Shown here: positions 1-12,294 of the stretch, piece after piece | Layout: each line of letters begins with the position of its first letter | Position numbering within the stretch: the first letter of the stretch is position 1 | Assembly: GCF_006345805.1 (NCBI RefSeq) | Contig: NC_043007.1 | Coordinates: 58,590,001-58,654,000, forward strand | Direction: 5' to 3' | DNA length: 64,000 nucleotides | Source: Octopus sinensis | Lineage: Eukaryota | Notes under the pieces: generated by a model | The model's input: the letters and a program-made list of their open reading frames with translations, nothing else | Database searches by the model: none | Told to the model about the DNA's origin: nothing | Program-made: the position numbers and the translations under genes

Positions 1-2099
1 GTATAAAATACTTCTATCATGAAGTAGGCTAGAAAGAGATTTACATTTGTAACAAGTAATCAACAAAACAGTTCAGTGAGCTGTGCATCTATTGTTTATA
101 GCAATGAATTTACCAAGTCATATCAAATTTATTGCTGAACCAGTAACAATTAAGCATCTAGGCAATGGGCAGAGTCCAATAACAAAACTGGCAACTTAAT
201 TTTTACAGCTGCTACAATGATTGCAAATATTTAAAATATTGCCTTTACATGTCACATGAACTGTAAATGGTATCTATTTACAGATAAACTGACTGGGTCA
301 TAGATAGTTCATTGTAGCATGTGAACTATTAACCCTTCAGCCAGCAACTCAATACTCTCTGGAACTATGATATAAATGATAAATATTAATTGTTTAGTAC
401 AAAAACAAATTCCTATTATCTAAAACAGTGTTTCTCAACCATTTCTTTGCCTATGGACACCCTTTAGTTTCTATTTTACTCTGCTGGATCCTCCTATCCA
501 TTTGGGGTTCTAAAAAATCTCGTTTTATGATTAAATATTATTAGGAATTGTATTAAGAAAAATTAAAATATTTTGTGTGTTATTGAAGTATAACCAACTT
601 ATTAGAGGTAAATTTTAACAAAATCTTACATGGACTCCCAAGGGCCATATGGAGTCTGGTCAAGAACCACTGATCTAAAACTTCGTGAGGTCTAAACAGA
701 ATTTTTGTCAATTTCTTACTGTACAGGACTAAGCTAAAACATGCTGAACACAGTATCATGAACAACTGGAACAAGATAACAGCAAGCATTAGATAATAAA
801 ACAGATTGGTGACAGATTTATTTTGCTTTTAAAGTACCTACTTCAGATAGATATTAAAACTTTCAACAGGATGATTCTTCAAATTTCTCTGATATTAATT
901 CACAACTGTCAACTTGGTTAACATAGTTCAGATGGAGAGCATAACATCATATGATTACAAAAACATTAATTCTTTGCACTATAATATTTTATAATTCTAG
1001 AGTACCGAAGTAAATGTACTTAGTTTTGCCTACCTGGGGCATTTTATTTGGGTGACAACTTTCAACCTGCTGAGGTTGCTAAAATTACTAATTATTGAAT
1101 AGCTCACCCTTCCAGTCATGTAGTGTAAAACAGAGTAATTCAATCTTGTACACTCAAATTATTTTGCAATGCCATAATTAAAAATATCTTCCAATATGTA
1201 ATGAGTGGTACAAAGTAGGAATTAAACTTTCAGTAAGCCAAGTTTTTATTCGCTAATTGTAGATATAGGAACAAGCATGGCGATATGATAAGAAGTTTGC
1301 TTCCCAACCATATGGTTCCAGGCTCAGTCCTACTGCATGGAACCTTGGGCAAGTGTCTTCTACTATAGTTTCAGGCCAACTAAAACCTTGTGAGTGGATT
1401 TGGTAGACAGAAACTAGAAAGACCATCATATGTGTGTGTGTGTGCGTGTGCAAAAGAAAAAGAAAACTAATTGGTACCCCAAGGTTGATAAAGTGTGGGT
1501 CATAAAGAGCTCTATTAACACACTGAGATAGCACTGACAGGAAGCCATCACTTTATGAAATGAACTCAGCCTCTAGGTAAACAGTTTTGGCATAAGTTGA
1601 TCAAAGGTTTTGCTTATATCAAAGAAAATACTACTAAAGAAGACATCTTTTAGTAAATTTCTCAGCTAATCTTACTTTTGCAAAAACTATTCTGGTGGTC
1701 ATTAGTAAAAGGAATTCAAGATGTTGGAGAAGATCTATGTTAATTACTCTCATCCCATCACCTTTAATATACTGAATTTGAAAACAATACATAGCTGGTG
1801 AAATCAGGAATTACCCTTCTTGGAAACACTACTGTATTTTACCAAAAGTCAGGATATAATTCTATAAAGAGAAATTGAACAGTTTGAGGCAAGCTTCAAA
1901 CCCAAAATTTTTGGGGAGGGGGAGGCAGTCAATTAGATCGACCCCAGCACACAACTAGCACTTAATTAATCAACCCCAAAAGGATGAAAGTCAAAGATGA
2001 TCTTTGTGGAATTTGAACACAGAACGCAAAGTCAGACGAAATACCACTAAGCATTTCACCCAGCATGCTAACATTTCTGCCAGCTTGCCACATTAAGCT

Positions 2100-2995
2100 T
2101 CAGAGATATTATTACCAGATATTGCTGAGGACATGCGTAAGCTCAAAGGAATGAAGCCAGTACACTCCAATGGATGTGTAACGTCAGTGTGCATACTCAA
2201 CAGAGCGTAAGTACCTTGAGAAAAAAGTTGGACCTAAGAAGCATCAGATGTGGTGTGCAAGAGAGACGACTGTGCTGGTATGGTCATGTGGCAAGAATGG
2301 ATGAGGATAACTGTGTGAAAAAGAGCCACACCCTAGCGGTTGAGGAAACCTGTGGAAGAGGTAAACCCAGGAAGACCTGGGATGAAGTGGTGAAGTACAA
2401 CCTTTGAACTTTAGGCCTCACTGAGGAAATGACTAGTGACCGAGACTTTTGGAAATATGCTGTGTTTGAGAAGACCCAGCAAGCCAAATGAGACCATAAC
2501 CTCGTGGTCTATGCCAGGGGCCTAACCAGCCCACTTATGCATACCTTTCCTTCTTTGGACACTAAACTCTGCTTGCAAAGACCTGCTTACTGGCACTTGT
2601 GCCCTGTGCTAGTTGGGTGCTAAGAGCACCATCCAAGCATGATTGTTGTCAGAGTGGCTAACTGGCTTCTGTGCCGGTGGAACGTAAAAGGTACCATTCG
2701 AGTGTGATCGTTACCAGCGTCGCCTTACTGGCACTTGAACCGGTGGCACATGAAAAAACATTTGAGCGAGGTCGTTGCCAGTACCACCTGACTGGCCCCC
2801 ATGCCAGTGGCATGTAAAAAGCACACACTACATTCTCGGAGTGGTTGGCGTTAGGAAGGGCATCCAGCTCTAGAAACAATGCCAGATCAAGATTGGAGCC
2901 TGGTGCAGCCATCTGGTTCGCCAGTCCTCAGTCAAATCGTCCAACCTATGGTAGCATGGAAAGCAGACGTTAAACGACGATGATGATGATGATGA
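2100..2995 (+). mobile_element. 5'-truncated RTE-clade LINE 3' end with 3' UTR and (GAT)n tail
   Basis: RRLCWYGHVARMDED...GRGKPRKTWDEVV RTE C-terminal motif, followed by a UTR shared with 46572-48088 and 60470-60842. Confidence 0.85.
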
Positions 2996-2999
2996 AAGA

Positions 3000-3365
3000 G
3001 ATACTGTCAGGTCCAATGATTTTGTTGAATAAACCAATCAGTGTTATTTTCACACATGGCAGTGAGCCTGTTGGCATAGAAGAGGATAATTTTGAAGATT
3101 TATCTAATGCAATGTGGAGAGGGATGCAAAAAAATTAGCAAATGTGGAGGCTTTCTCCATACAAGTATTGCTCAGAGAATCATCATGGCTGAATAGTGGA
3201 GGAAAGGAGAATTTCATGAAAATGTCAGCAATCCTTCAGGAAAGTGATCAACAGGAATGGCTACAGTTTGAGAGGTTGGAAAGTTTGAGGACTAAGCACT
3301 ATATGAAGGCATTCTTCAGTTTGGATGATGATATTGCAAGAGTTCTAATCTTGGGTAAGAACCAT
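3000..3365 (-). mobile_element. Degenerate LINE (CR1/Jockey-like) ORF2 fragment between EN and RT
   Basis: The minus strand reads EKASTFANFFASLSTL...IIGPDSI, resembling the 'KAE.FA..F' and 'GPDGI' motifs. Confidence 0.5.
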
Positions 3366-4403
3366 TAAATTTTTAGAGGTAGGTGATTTTCTTCAAGTAT
3401 TTTCAGTTAATTAACTCACTTGAAATTCAATAACTCACTGTCACACACACAAAAACTATACTACCAATAACAGAGTTTCTCACATACATACTATACCTGC
3501 CACTTATACAGAATTGTTTTCTGTAATTAGCATTTTCTTTTAAATAGTGATGCAATTCCTATCAAATCATTGTCTAATCAGTGCTATGAAGAAGTATGCT
3601 TAAAACAATATTAACTTCTTTTAGATACATTCAAACAAGTGGAACAGATTCCCAGAAAGTCTTGGTATTCAAAGAAGTATACCACTTTTGTCTTAGTGGA
3701 TTTGTACAAAGACGTAAGAATGTAGCTTTCGGAGATGTTTCAGACTGCACCTTCTATACTACCTACGTGAACTTTAAACCATCTTAAGGCACAAGTGCTT
3801 CAGAGAAAAATGCGTTTCCATCTTACATTTTAAAATAACTGTAGAGTTTCCTCGGGTACTACTGGTCAAACATTAATGTTAGGAACGACGAAAGCGACAG
3901 TTAAGAAGAGGAAGAGAGAGATGGAGAGAGACACGTGTGTGCACTTAATTACAGAGTAAATAGAAAAATTTCCAAATATGACAAAACACGACTACAAATA
4001 AATGTAAAGTAACGACCACGGGATAGAAGACATATAGCAACAGTGGGGATTTAATTATTAAGTCGGTCACACGGAGACGAACTGAATGAAACAGTTTAAA
4101 CAGAATCAGGTTATACTGACATGACTTTCATAATGAGAATCTCTATTTGACAGGTGTATTTCTTGAGAGGTCAACATTTCTGAAAAGAAATGAGGCAGCT
4201 GTGTCATAATAGAATGAAAGGACGTCGCTCCTGAGTTAAAGAAAGTTTAAATAAGGCCAGATATTAATAAACCAAACCAAATACTAATAAAATATTCCTT
4301 GCCGTTCATTATTACTCACAAACTCTTATAAGAGCACAGTTTTAAAGAATTTTCCGAAAAATTTAATTGTACAATCATCATGTCGTAATTATTTCTAATT
4401 CTA

Positions 4404-4565
4404 AGGCGGCAGAATTGTTAGCACGCCGGGCGAAATGCTTAGCGCTATTTCGTCTGTCTTCTAAGTTCAAATTCTGCCGAGATCGACTTTGCCTTTCGGG
4501 GTCGATAAATTACTGGGGTTGATGTAATTGACTGGCCCCCTCCCCAAAAATTTCGTACCATGTGC
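4404..4565 (+). mobile_element. SINE family B (GGCGG..GGCAGAAT..TTAGCA head; GACTTTGCCTTTC..GGGTCGATAAA core)
   Basis: Further copies at about 1905-2095(-), 33783-33995(+), 34368-34575(-), 50140-50375(-) and 50595-50790(+). Confidence 0.8.
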
Positions 4566-5131
4566 CTCGAGAAGAAAAGATTACTTCTAATTCTATTTAA
4601 GAAAGAAAAACAAAATAAAATAGTATATTTATGCAAGAGATTCAATAGAGTTCGTCAACTGTTGGCGGTTTTCATGTGATAGTTGATACTGCCACTGCTA
4701 GTAACGGTACCAGGGGGCCCACTTGGACTCAGTCTTCTGCGATTAATGTCCTAGAGTATCTTCTGTGGCCTTTGCATTGCAAGTTTTCCACGATAAGAGT
4801 TTTGTTCAGCTTAAGGAGTTGAAATGTGAGCAGACAAACAATTCCAGTGGTGGAGGGGGTGAGTGTTATTGAACAAAATGCTAAGTTGTGCGGTACCTCA
4901 AAAGCAAGACTGTAAAAGAACGACAGCAGCCGAAACTGGATTCTGTATACAATTATTCAGAAAGAGAAACCACAAAGGTAGCAGAAGATGAGAGAAGAAG
5001 CAACACGTCTATTAAACAGTAGTTGATGCCTATATTTATTGGTGAGTGAATCTCTTAATTAACCAGATTTTTTCAGGGAGGAACACGCAAACATCTTTCT
5101 ACTAATAAATAAATAAATAATTGTTACTCAC

Positions 5132-5276
5132 CACCAATTGTCCACTTGTATGTCCCTCGGAAAGTGTTATTAATATACCTCTGAACAAACGATGTCTTGC
5201 CTACATTCGGGTCCCCAATTATGAGAACTTTGAGAAGTATTTCGGTTTCAGACATCGAGGCTGGCAAATCGAACAT
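5132..5276 (-). CDS. RAB29: First coding exon of a Rab29/Rab7L1-like small GTPase (Rab32/38/29 family); downstream exons not found in window
   Basis: Manual translation gives (MFDLPAS)MSETEILLKVLIIGDPNVGKTSFVQRYINNTFRGTYKWTIG|V. It has a P-loop GDPNVGKTS and a G2 Thr, and ends at a phase-1 GTGAGT donor (5131). It is 124 nt from the ATG at 5255, the same intron position I recall for human RAB29. An in-frame upstream ATG is at 5276 and a candidate acceptor at 5312-5313. Confidence 0.85.
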
Positions 5277-8200
5277 AAATATAAATTATATATATAAAAA
5301 AAAATAACAAACTGAAATGTCGTGTGATGTGGAGAAAGTGTCCGACATCTACAGTAATAAATTAAGTATGAAATATTAGGTCAATCCCAAAATGTTAGCA
5401 ACTATATAGAATCACAGATTCCATTCTCAGAAAATTTATTACAGTTTGAGCAAGGTCATCATTTTATAGTAATAGTATAGTCGTGTGTTACTTAACAGAC
5501 TACAGGTCAAATCCGGCTCGCTGACTTAAATATATATGCGTTTCAGACAAAAATGTTTGTTTTATCTGTCTGGTTGGCGAACAAAAATAATTGTACAGAT
5601 AAAAAGAAAATGTCTCATTTCTGTTATGATTTCAAATGACATTTTTTTTATATATTACACACAAAAAAAAAGGCGGCGTCATCCTAAAACACATAAGCTT
5701 TCACGAACAGCGATATTGTAAGCAGTAAATGCGATTACCTTCCTAATTATATGGAGCAAATGAAGCAAACGGCGTTTCATATATTGTGGCATTATAATTT
5801 CCGTGAACGATGCAGTAACAAAAAATTATTTAAGTATCAGTCGAAAAAAGGAAATAAATTGGCTCAAACCACTTTATCCCAAACCCACAACTATCTTCAT
5901 TCAGTCGAACTAAAAACGTTCACAACAATTATAACCCACTGATGCCCTTACTCACACAAGATACAAAGTTAGCATTGGGCTATAGACTCATGAGGTTCCC
6001 CCCCTCTCCGGTAGACCCTGCCCCGTATATCTCGGTTCATAAGACGTAACTGCTTTTATAATAATGGTTTCATTTGGTAATCGCTTTGACCCGTAAGCCA
6101 GTCATTTCCAATTTGTTCCCTAGTATTTGCGACATCTGATGTAGTTTACTGGATTTTCCCCTAAAATCAGTTAATAAACTTTGAAAGAATGAAATGCAAT
6201 GTTGATACTCGCGTAATTTGAAGTCAGGATAGTGTGGTGTTGATTTATATATAACCAATCTAAAACTACTTGAATAGTGGATCAGTATTAATAGGGAAAA
6301 TGAAAGAAATGGTGTCAGTTTGAGTTGTGAGAAAATATTTGGATTTTCAAACCAAAATCATTTTAAATCGACTATCCCACTCGCTCTAAAAACTACTAGC
6401 CTTGTGCCAAAATTTGAAACAATTGTTTTCATTTGTTTGCGAAGAGTACCGTATTTTCAAAAGTAATGTCATGGAAATCACAGACAAACTTGCAATATAA
6501 ATTTTACAGAGAAACAACTTAACTCAGTGCCCTATGGAAATGCATGACCATCACACCTTTCTTCTAACCAACAGAAAGATTTTAATCTACTGAAGAAAAA
6601 AAAATATTGTTTAAATGACGGAAAATTAACAGAAACGGTAAAACATTAAGCTAAGGGTCTTGCAATATTTATTAGAATCTGAGGAAAATAGTTACGGTCT
6701 GCATTGACAAATAGAAATGGAAAGTTCAAATAGTAGAATAAATTTCATTCCATGAGAAAGAAATCTAAATATTCAGGCAGAAACTTCCACTGGACAGAGA
6801 TGAAATGTTTACTAGTATTGTCAGATAAATAAATTGGGAATCTATTGATCATTTCGAGACTAGTAAATGGTTATACGTTCATCTCTCTTCGACGACGTGT
6901 CATCTCCGAAACTTTAGACTCATCTTCCCCTAATGAAATTTCTTCTTACAGTACTTAATTTCTTCCAAGTGAGTTCGAATTCCCTTGGGATCAGTTTTGT
7001 TTTTCATCGCTTAGGAGTAGATAAAATATGTATAAATTATATGCAAGAGACAATTTTCTTGCCTTGACATGTGACCTCGGGACAATGTTCGAACTCAAAA
7101 TTGTTATTACAATTTCACAGACGAACAGAGTTCGCGACTTGGTTTATATTCCAAGTTGCTATTTAATTATGGTGATGATGATGAAGAAAGCTTCCCCGCC
7201 CCACGTCAATACTACAAAATTTCAAGATGTGTGTTTCTATTAGAAACAAATCTGAACTATAGTTATTGAAGCTATAGGACCTCCTCGCTGTTTCTAAAGA
7301 TCACCCTAATTTTTTCCAAACACTGCAAACTCTCGAACTGAATGCTTCTGTAAGAAACAAGTCTTTACCTATAGTTACAGAAGAGGGCCGCAGCACAGTG
7401 AAAAATTCTCCAAAGATACAAGTAATTACGAACTGGTTTCAGTCTGTTTTAGTTCGCCTTCCTCACTAAATAAGGTTGATGTTTACAACTTGACCCGGAA
7501 AATAATTCTGTGGAAATACAATTTGCATCACAGCATTATTTCTCATGAAAAATGAAAGTATCAAACTTAAAAACTGTAAGAAGCCGTACTGATGCACTTT
7601 AGTTTGCTTGTAAGATACTGTATTTTGATAAATTGCACAATATAGTGAAGTCCCGTAGTCTTAAAGCGAAAAAAAATAAATGTGTAATTTCGTTTTTGGA
7701 TTTGATTTGCAAGATTCTTTATGTGAGCTCGTGTGCTGAAGTTTTACCGGTGAGTGTGTTAAATGATAAGGCACCAAAAGAGATTGACTCTCCCCAGACA
7801 CAAAAGAGTACATGTGTAATGTTTTCATTTCTAAAATGATGGTTTGTAATAGAACGAGAAATACACACATCATATATATAATTAAAATTGGACTAAGTAA
7901 ATACTTGTGAAACATTTGGCGAGTATAATAGATAATAAAAGGAAAAAAGCAAATAATCACCTTAGAAATATAGGTAGCTCCTTAACGAAGTTGTCCAGAT
8001 GGTGATAATAATCTAAAAAGAAAAAAGTGTCAAACGGTTCCTGAAAAAGATTCATTCAGCTAAATGTAGTGCCTTGATAAACAAATGAAGTGAACACAGA
8101 GAAATAAGTCGAGAGTAGAAGCAGAAGAAAAGAAGGGAAATAAACATAAACCAAGCGAATAATTGAATATAGTTTATAGTATTTAAGATTAACAGACACG

Positions 8201-8335
8201 TGATATTATTAAATGTCAATAGGTTGGGGAGGTCACATGGGAAACACAATAGCCGGACGAGGGATTTACGAACCGACGTCCTCTCACCCGAAGTACGTCA
8301 TATCTATCTATAGTACAGTTTAATATCTATCTATC

Positions 8336-8367
<32 letters not shown>

Positions 8368-8529
8368 AGTTTAATATATATATATATATATAGTACAGTT
8401 TAATAGTAACTTGTTTATAAAAGTATGTTTCCTGCCGTGCATCTGAAACTGAGGTAAACATACATAAAATACAACTAAAGAAGAAATGCGTGTGTGTGTG
8501 TATATATGTGGAGGGGGTGTGATTTTTGA

Positions 8530-9400
8530 TTGCCTTGAAGTCCCTATACGAATGTCTAGATATTTGTTTGGGTAAATAGTGCTGAGGTGAAACTTTTCAA
8601 CGTGGGTTGTGGACTTCGGTAGGGGTATGTATTGTCAACTCTCCTTTTCATAATTTTTATGAGATGGGTTGACATGCACTGCCGTTGTGGAAGTGTTATC
8701 ACAATCGATGGGTGTATGATTAGTCGGCTAATATTTGCTGGGCTCATCAGAAGGTTATCTCCAGCATAAACTGAAAGGGTTTGCTGCTGAGTGCTGCAAA
8801 ACAGGGACAAGAATTAGTGTTGTGAAGACAGGTATTGGTCCTCTCAAGAAAGTTTTCCCGGTGCGCTGTGAATGTTAGTGGGACATCATTGAGACAAGTG
8901 AAGAAGTTTAAGTAACTGGGGATCATATTCACTAGTGATGGAAAACAGGAGACTCAATTGCCAGCAAAAAATTGCAGGTGCTGGTGCAGTAACATGCCAG
9001 CTCCTGCATTCGATCCTAAGAAGCGAGTTTGGTAAAAAGACAGACTCGCTATTTTCATTTTGTCTTTCGTTCATTTGTCATGAATGTTGGGTAATGGTCA
9101 AAAGAATACGATCACAAATACAAGCAGCTGAAATGGAGATCCTCCAAAGGATCTCTGCAATAACACTTCTCAAACGGTATCTCAGAGATCAGGGGATCTC
9201 TTCGAGTCAAGCTGCTACTTCTCCATATTTGAGGGTTACAACTCCAGTACTACAGATGTGATGAAAATGTCACAGGAAATTTCTAAAAGCCGATCGAACT
9301 GGCTGGACCCTAAGGGTAAACCAAGAACGAACGGGTTAGATAATACCTATAGTCTCATTTAGTCACACTTGAGAATCTAGACGAAAAGTCTAATACTGGC
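8530..9400 (+). mobile_element. Degenerate RTE LINE RT/C-terminal fragment (second family)
   Basis: Remnants of FK*LGIIF and IQAAEMEILQRIS...SQLQYYRC-type RTE motifs; similar copy at 19960-20530. Confidence 0.75.
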
Positions 9401-9992
9401 AGCTTGGGCAAATGTCTTCTACTATAGGCCCGAACTGACCAAAGCCTTTGGTAGACGGAAACTGAAAGAAGCCCGTCGTACATACGTATGTATGAATGTA
9501 GGTGTACTTGTATTTGTCTCCCACCCACCCCCACACTACCTGACAGCCGGTGTTCACATATTTACACCTCTGTAACTTAGTTCGTTAAAAAAAAAGAAAT
9601 GAAATAAGTTTTTTGGTCAATTTGTTCGACTAAACCCTTCAAGGTAGTACCCCAGTACAATCCCAGTCCACTGACTGAAACAGGTGAAAGACAAAAAGGG
9701 GTGTGTATGTACGTGCGTGTACGGTAGAGTATGCTTCTGTTAATATTGAAAACCGATTACACTGAAGACAACCCTGAGGGCATTTCGCTTTGTTTTTAAT
9801 GTAGAAACAGTTTTAATTCAATACTAGACTTACTACCCAGTCTTGCCGGGTAAAGTATTCACAGAATTGTTTCCCAGTTTGTAATCTAACTTCTGGAGTT
9901 ATTTAATTGGAAGTATCCAAATAATAGTAATCAATTTACACGAGTAGAAGCCTTTTTTTAAACAATTTTTATCCTGAAAATTACCTGTTACC

Positions 9993-10233
9993 TTGTTTTA
10001 AAGTGAAAGGGGGGAGTGAAAGATGTAAGAACGTGTGTATGAAATGAACGTGTGTGTGAGAAAGAAAGAGTGTGCCTCTTACACATACATCAGAATACAC
10101 ACGTACAAATAAGATGTACGTATATGTATTGATGTATGTACGTATCTTTTTCTCTCTCTTCCTCACATACAGGTCCATTTCATATACACATACATATATC
10201 TTTCACTTTCTCCTCTCTTTCACTTTAAAACAA
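9993..10233. repeat. Imperfect fold-back (arms about 80 bp)
   Basis: TTGTTTTAAAGTGAAAG...GTGAAAGAT...TATGAAATG at the left end pairs with CATTTCATATA...ATCTTTCAC...CTTTCACTTTAAAACAA at the right end. Confidence 0.8.
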
Positions 10234-11869
10234 AAGTAAATAAATAAATTTTACGGAAATTAACGAACTCTGGATGATGAAATCACATTCAGTTAAAAAT
10301 ATTTCCAAATGATTAAAATATTGTGTACGTCAAAAAGTCAACGGGTTTTTTTTTTTGCTTCTTCGAGATCGCGGAGACAATATGTGTGTATATGTCACAG
10401 ATAGCGAACGTGTGCTTGTGTTGACTGACACGCCATTATATGTGTGTAGTCTGTATGTGTTGACGTCATGGAAGCCATGTATTTTTTTTCAAGAAATAAC
10501 AAAAATTGTATTTAATCACTTAAATAGAGGTCCAAATGTCACAAAAAATTGTACAGCACTGCCGAAGGTAAGTATGAAAATAAATATGTAAAAAAAAAGA
10601 TAAACTATACTGTTTCTGAGATATTTCAGTTTCACACAAACATCCCTAGAGTTTTAGTATTATCAAGATGCACAACTGCAATATATAATTATGAAATCAC
10701 TACCCTTTATATTTATTTATTTAAATATCATTCAGCTCTTGTAACCGATTCGCTTGACCTACCTTTCATCTTTTCCTCGTGTAGGTTACCCATCATGACC
10801 TGTCTCTAACTTCCATTTAGTGACTTACTGCGTATCGTTATTTACGCTACTAAATATACTCGCTGCAATAGACCAACCTACATAGTCAGTACAAGGCTTT
10901 TTAGTCAAAGAAATTGAACCCCTAGTACTGATGAAGATGTTAAAGATGTCTGTTGTGGGGTGACTTGAAATTTATGATCTTAGAGTGTTTCAGCACTGGA
11001 AGAAAGGTACAAGTAGTAATAGAAAAAGACGAATATACATACAGAAATGTACACGTAGATACACACACACACAACAGACATCTTTACCATTTGACTCTGG
11101 ACAATTGTCTAGTTATCTATCTAATAGATCTTTTCAGTCTAAGTTGTCGCAGACTAATGTCGCTATATGGTTAAATACATCGACTTCCATCGGACGAATC
11201 TTGGTAACAATGGCCCTGCCAGTATTGGTTGACACACCACCAGCTTCTTCTTCCAAGTCTTCTATTCATTTTCCTCCCTCTCCTTCCCTTTCTCCCACCG
11301 GTCATTATACATATCCACCCGCTTGATTCTACCCCCTCACATAATTTCTTCCACATAGACCCATCCTGCATACACACTTTTAATATTTTTCCTTTTTATT
11401 TCCTCCCAGTATTTTCATAACAGCAAGCTCTGATAGATGCACAATGTAATAGCATGTCTTTGATGCAAGCCTGAGGAAGTGTCTCTCCGATGCCTAAAAC
11501 CGCATATATTACGTAATTTTTCTTTTAGAATTTTTGTGTGAACTGGCGTTCCAAATTAAGATGATTGAGAAACATGTGCAACTTACGATTAAAGATGTGT
11601 TAAAGAATTTTCTTTATCTTCTTTTCATTGGATTATTTACTCTTCGCCAAATTTGACAGTATAATCGTCATGAAACTTGGATTTTCTACACCAGATGTAT
11701 TCTGGCCTTGTTTTGGATTCCAACAGTGTTAATAGCCCAGTATTTGGGTTGAGTGCTTCTTGCAAAATACCCCAACGTCACATCCAACTGAATTTAGCCA
11801 TTTGCACTATACCAAATACACACTTCGTATATTCACTTTAATCCCAATCAATGTCGGGTATCTCTGCTA

Positions 11870-12034
11870 GTATCGCCTTTAATCGAGCAAATCGACCCCA
11901 GGACTTATTCTTTGGAAGCCTAGTACTTATTCTATCGGCTCTTTTTGCCGAATCGCTAAGTTACGGGGATGTAAACACACCACGATCGGTTGTCAAGCGA
12001 TGTTGGGGGGACAAACACTGACACACAAACATAT

Positions 12035-12071
<37 letters not shown>

Positions 12072-12232
12072 CGACGGGCTTCTTTCAGTTTCCGTCTACC
12101 AAATCTACTCACAAGGCTTTGGTCGGCCGAGGCTATATTAGAAGACACTTGCCCATGGTGCCACGCAGTGGGAATGAACCCGGAACCATGTGGTTGGTAA
12201 GCAAGCTACTTACCACACAGCCACTCCTGCGC
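11870..12232 (-). mobile_element. SINE family A (tRNA-like head, CA/TA linker, 3' body), CpG-intact reference copy
   Basis: The head GGCTGTGTGGTAAGTAGCTTGC...GGTTCCGGGTTCATTCCC has A/B-box-like motifs. More than 12 further copies at about 1276-1430, 9405-9695, 28088-28350, 30176-30990, 32445-32720, 36590-36968, 51500-52262, 54222-54775, 55318-55652, 56150-56415, 57635-58210 and 58235-58590. Confidence 0.85.
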
Positions 12233-12294
12233 CTATTATACACACACATACACACACACACACACATATTTATATATATATATATATATATATA

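Noticed and set aside
820-850. FAFKV reading resembling Rab exon 2 (DFALKV)
   Set aside because: It is on the wrong strand for the minus-strand Rab gene, with no WDIAGQ motif or splice sites. No Rab exon 2 was found in 1-5131.
2910-2935. CTGAGGA followed by a neat CTGG-CGAA-CCAG hairpin on the minus strand (hammerhead-like start); weaker CTGAnGA hits at about 9765, 11479 and 14101
   Set aside because: There is no correctly placed GAAA, stem III and NUH triplet.
3114-3368. 84-aa plus-strand ORF ending near a GTAAG donor-like site
   Set aside because: It is better explained as the antisense of a decayed LINE ORF2 fragment, and I recognise no protein family in it.
12150-12232. tRNA-like sequences at SINE heads
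   Set aside because: They retain A/B-box-like motifs but no complete cloverleaf, and they continue into SINE bodies, so they are not tRNA genes.
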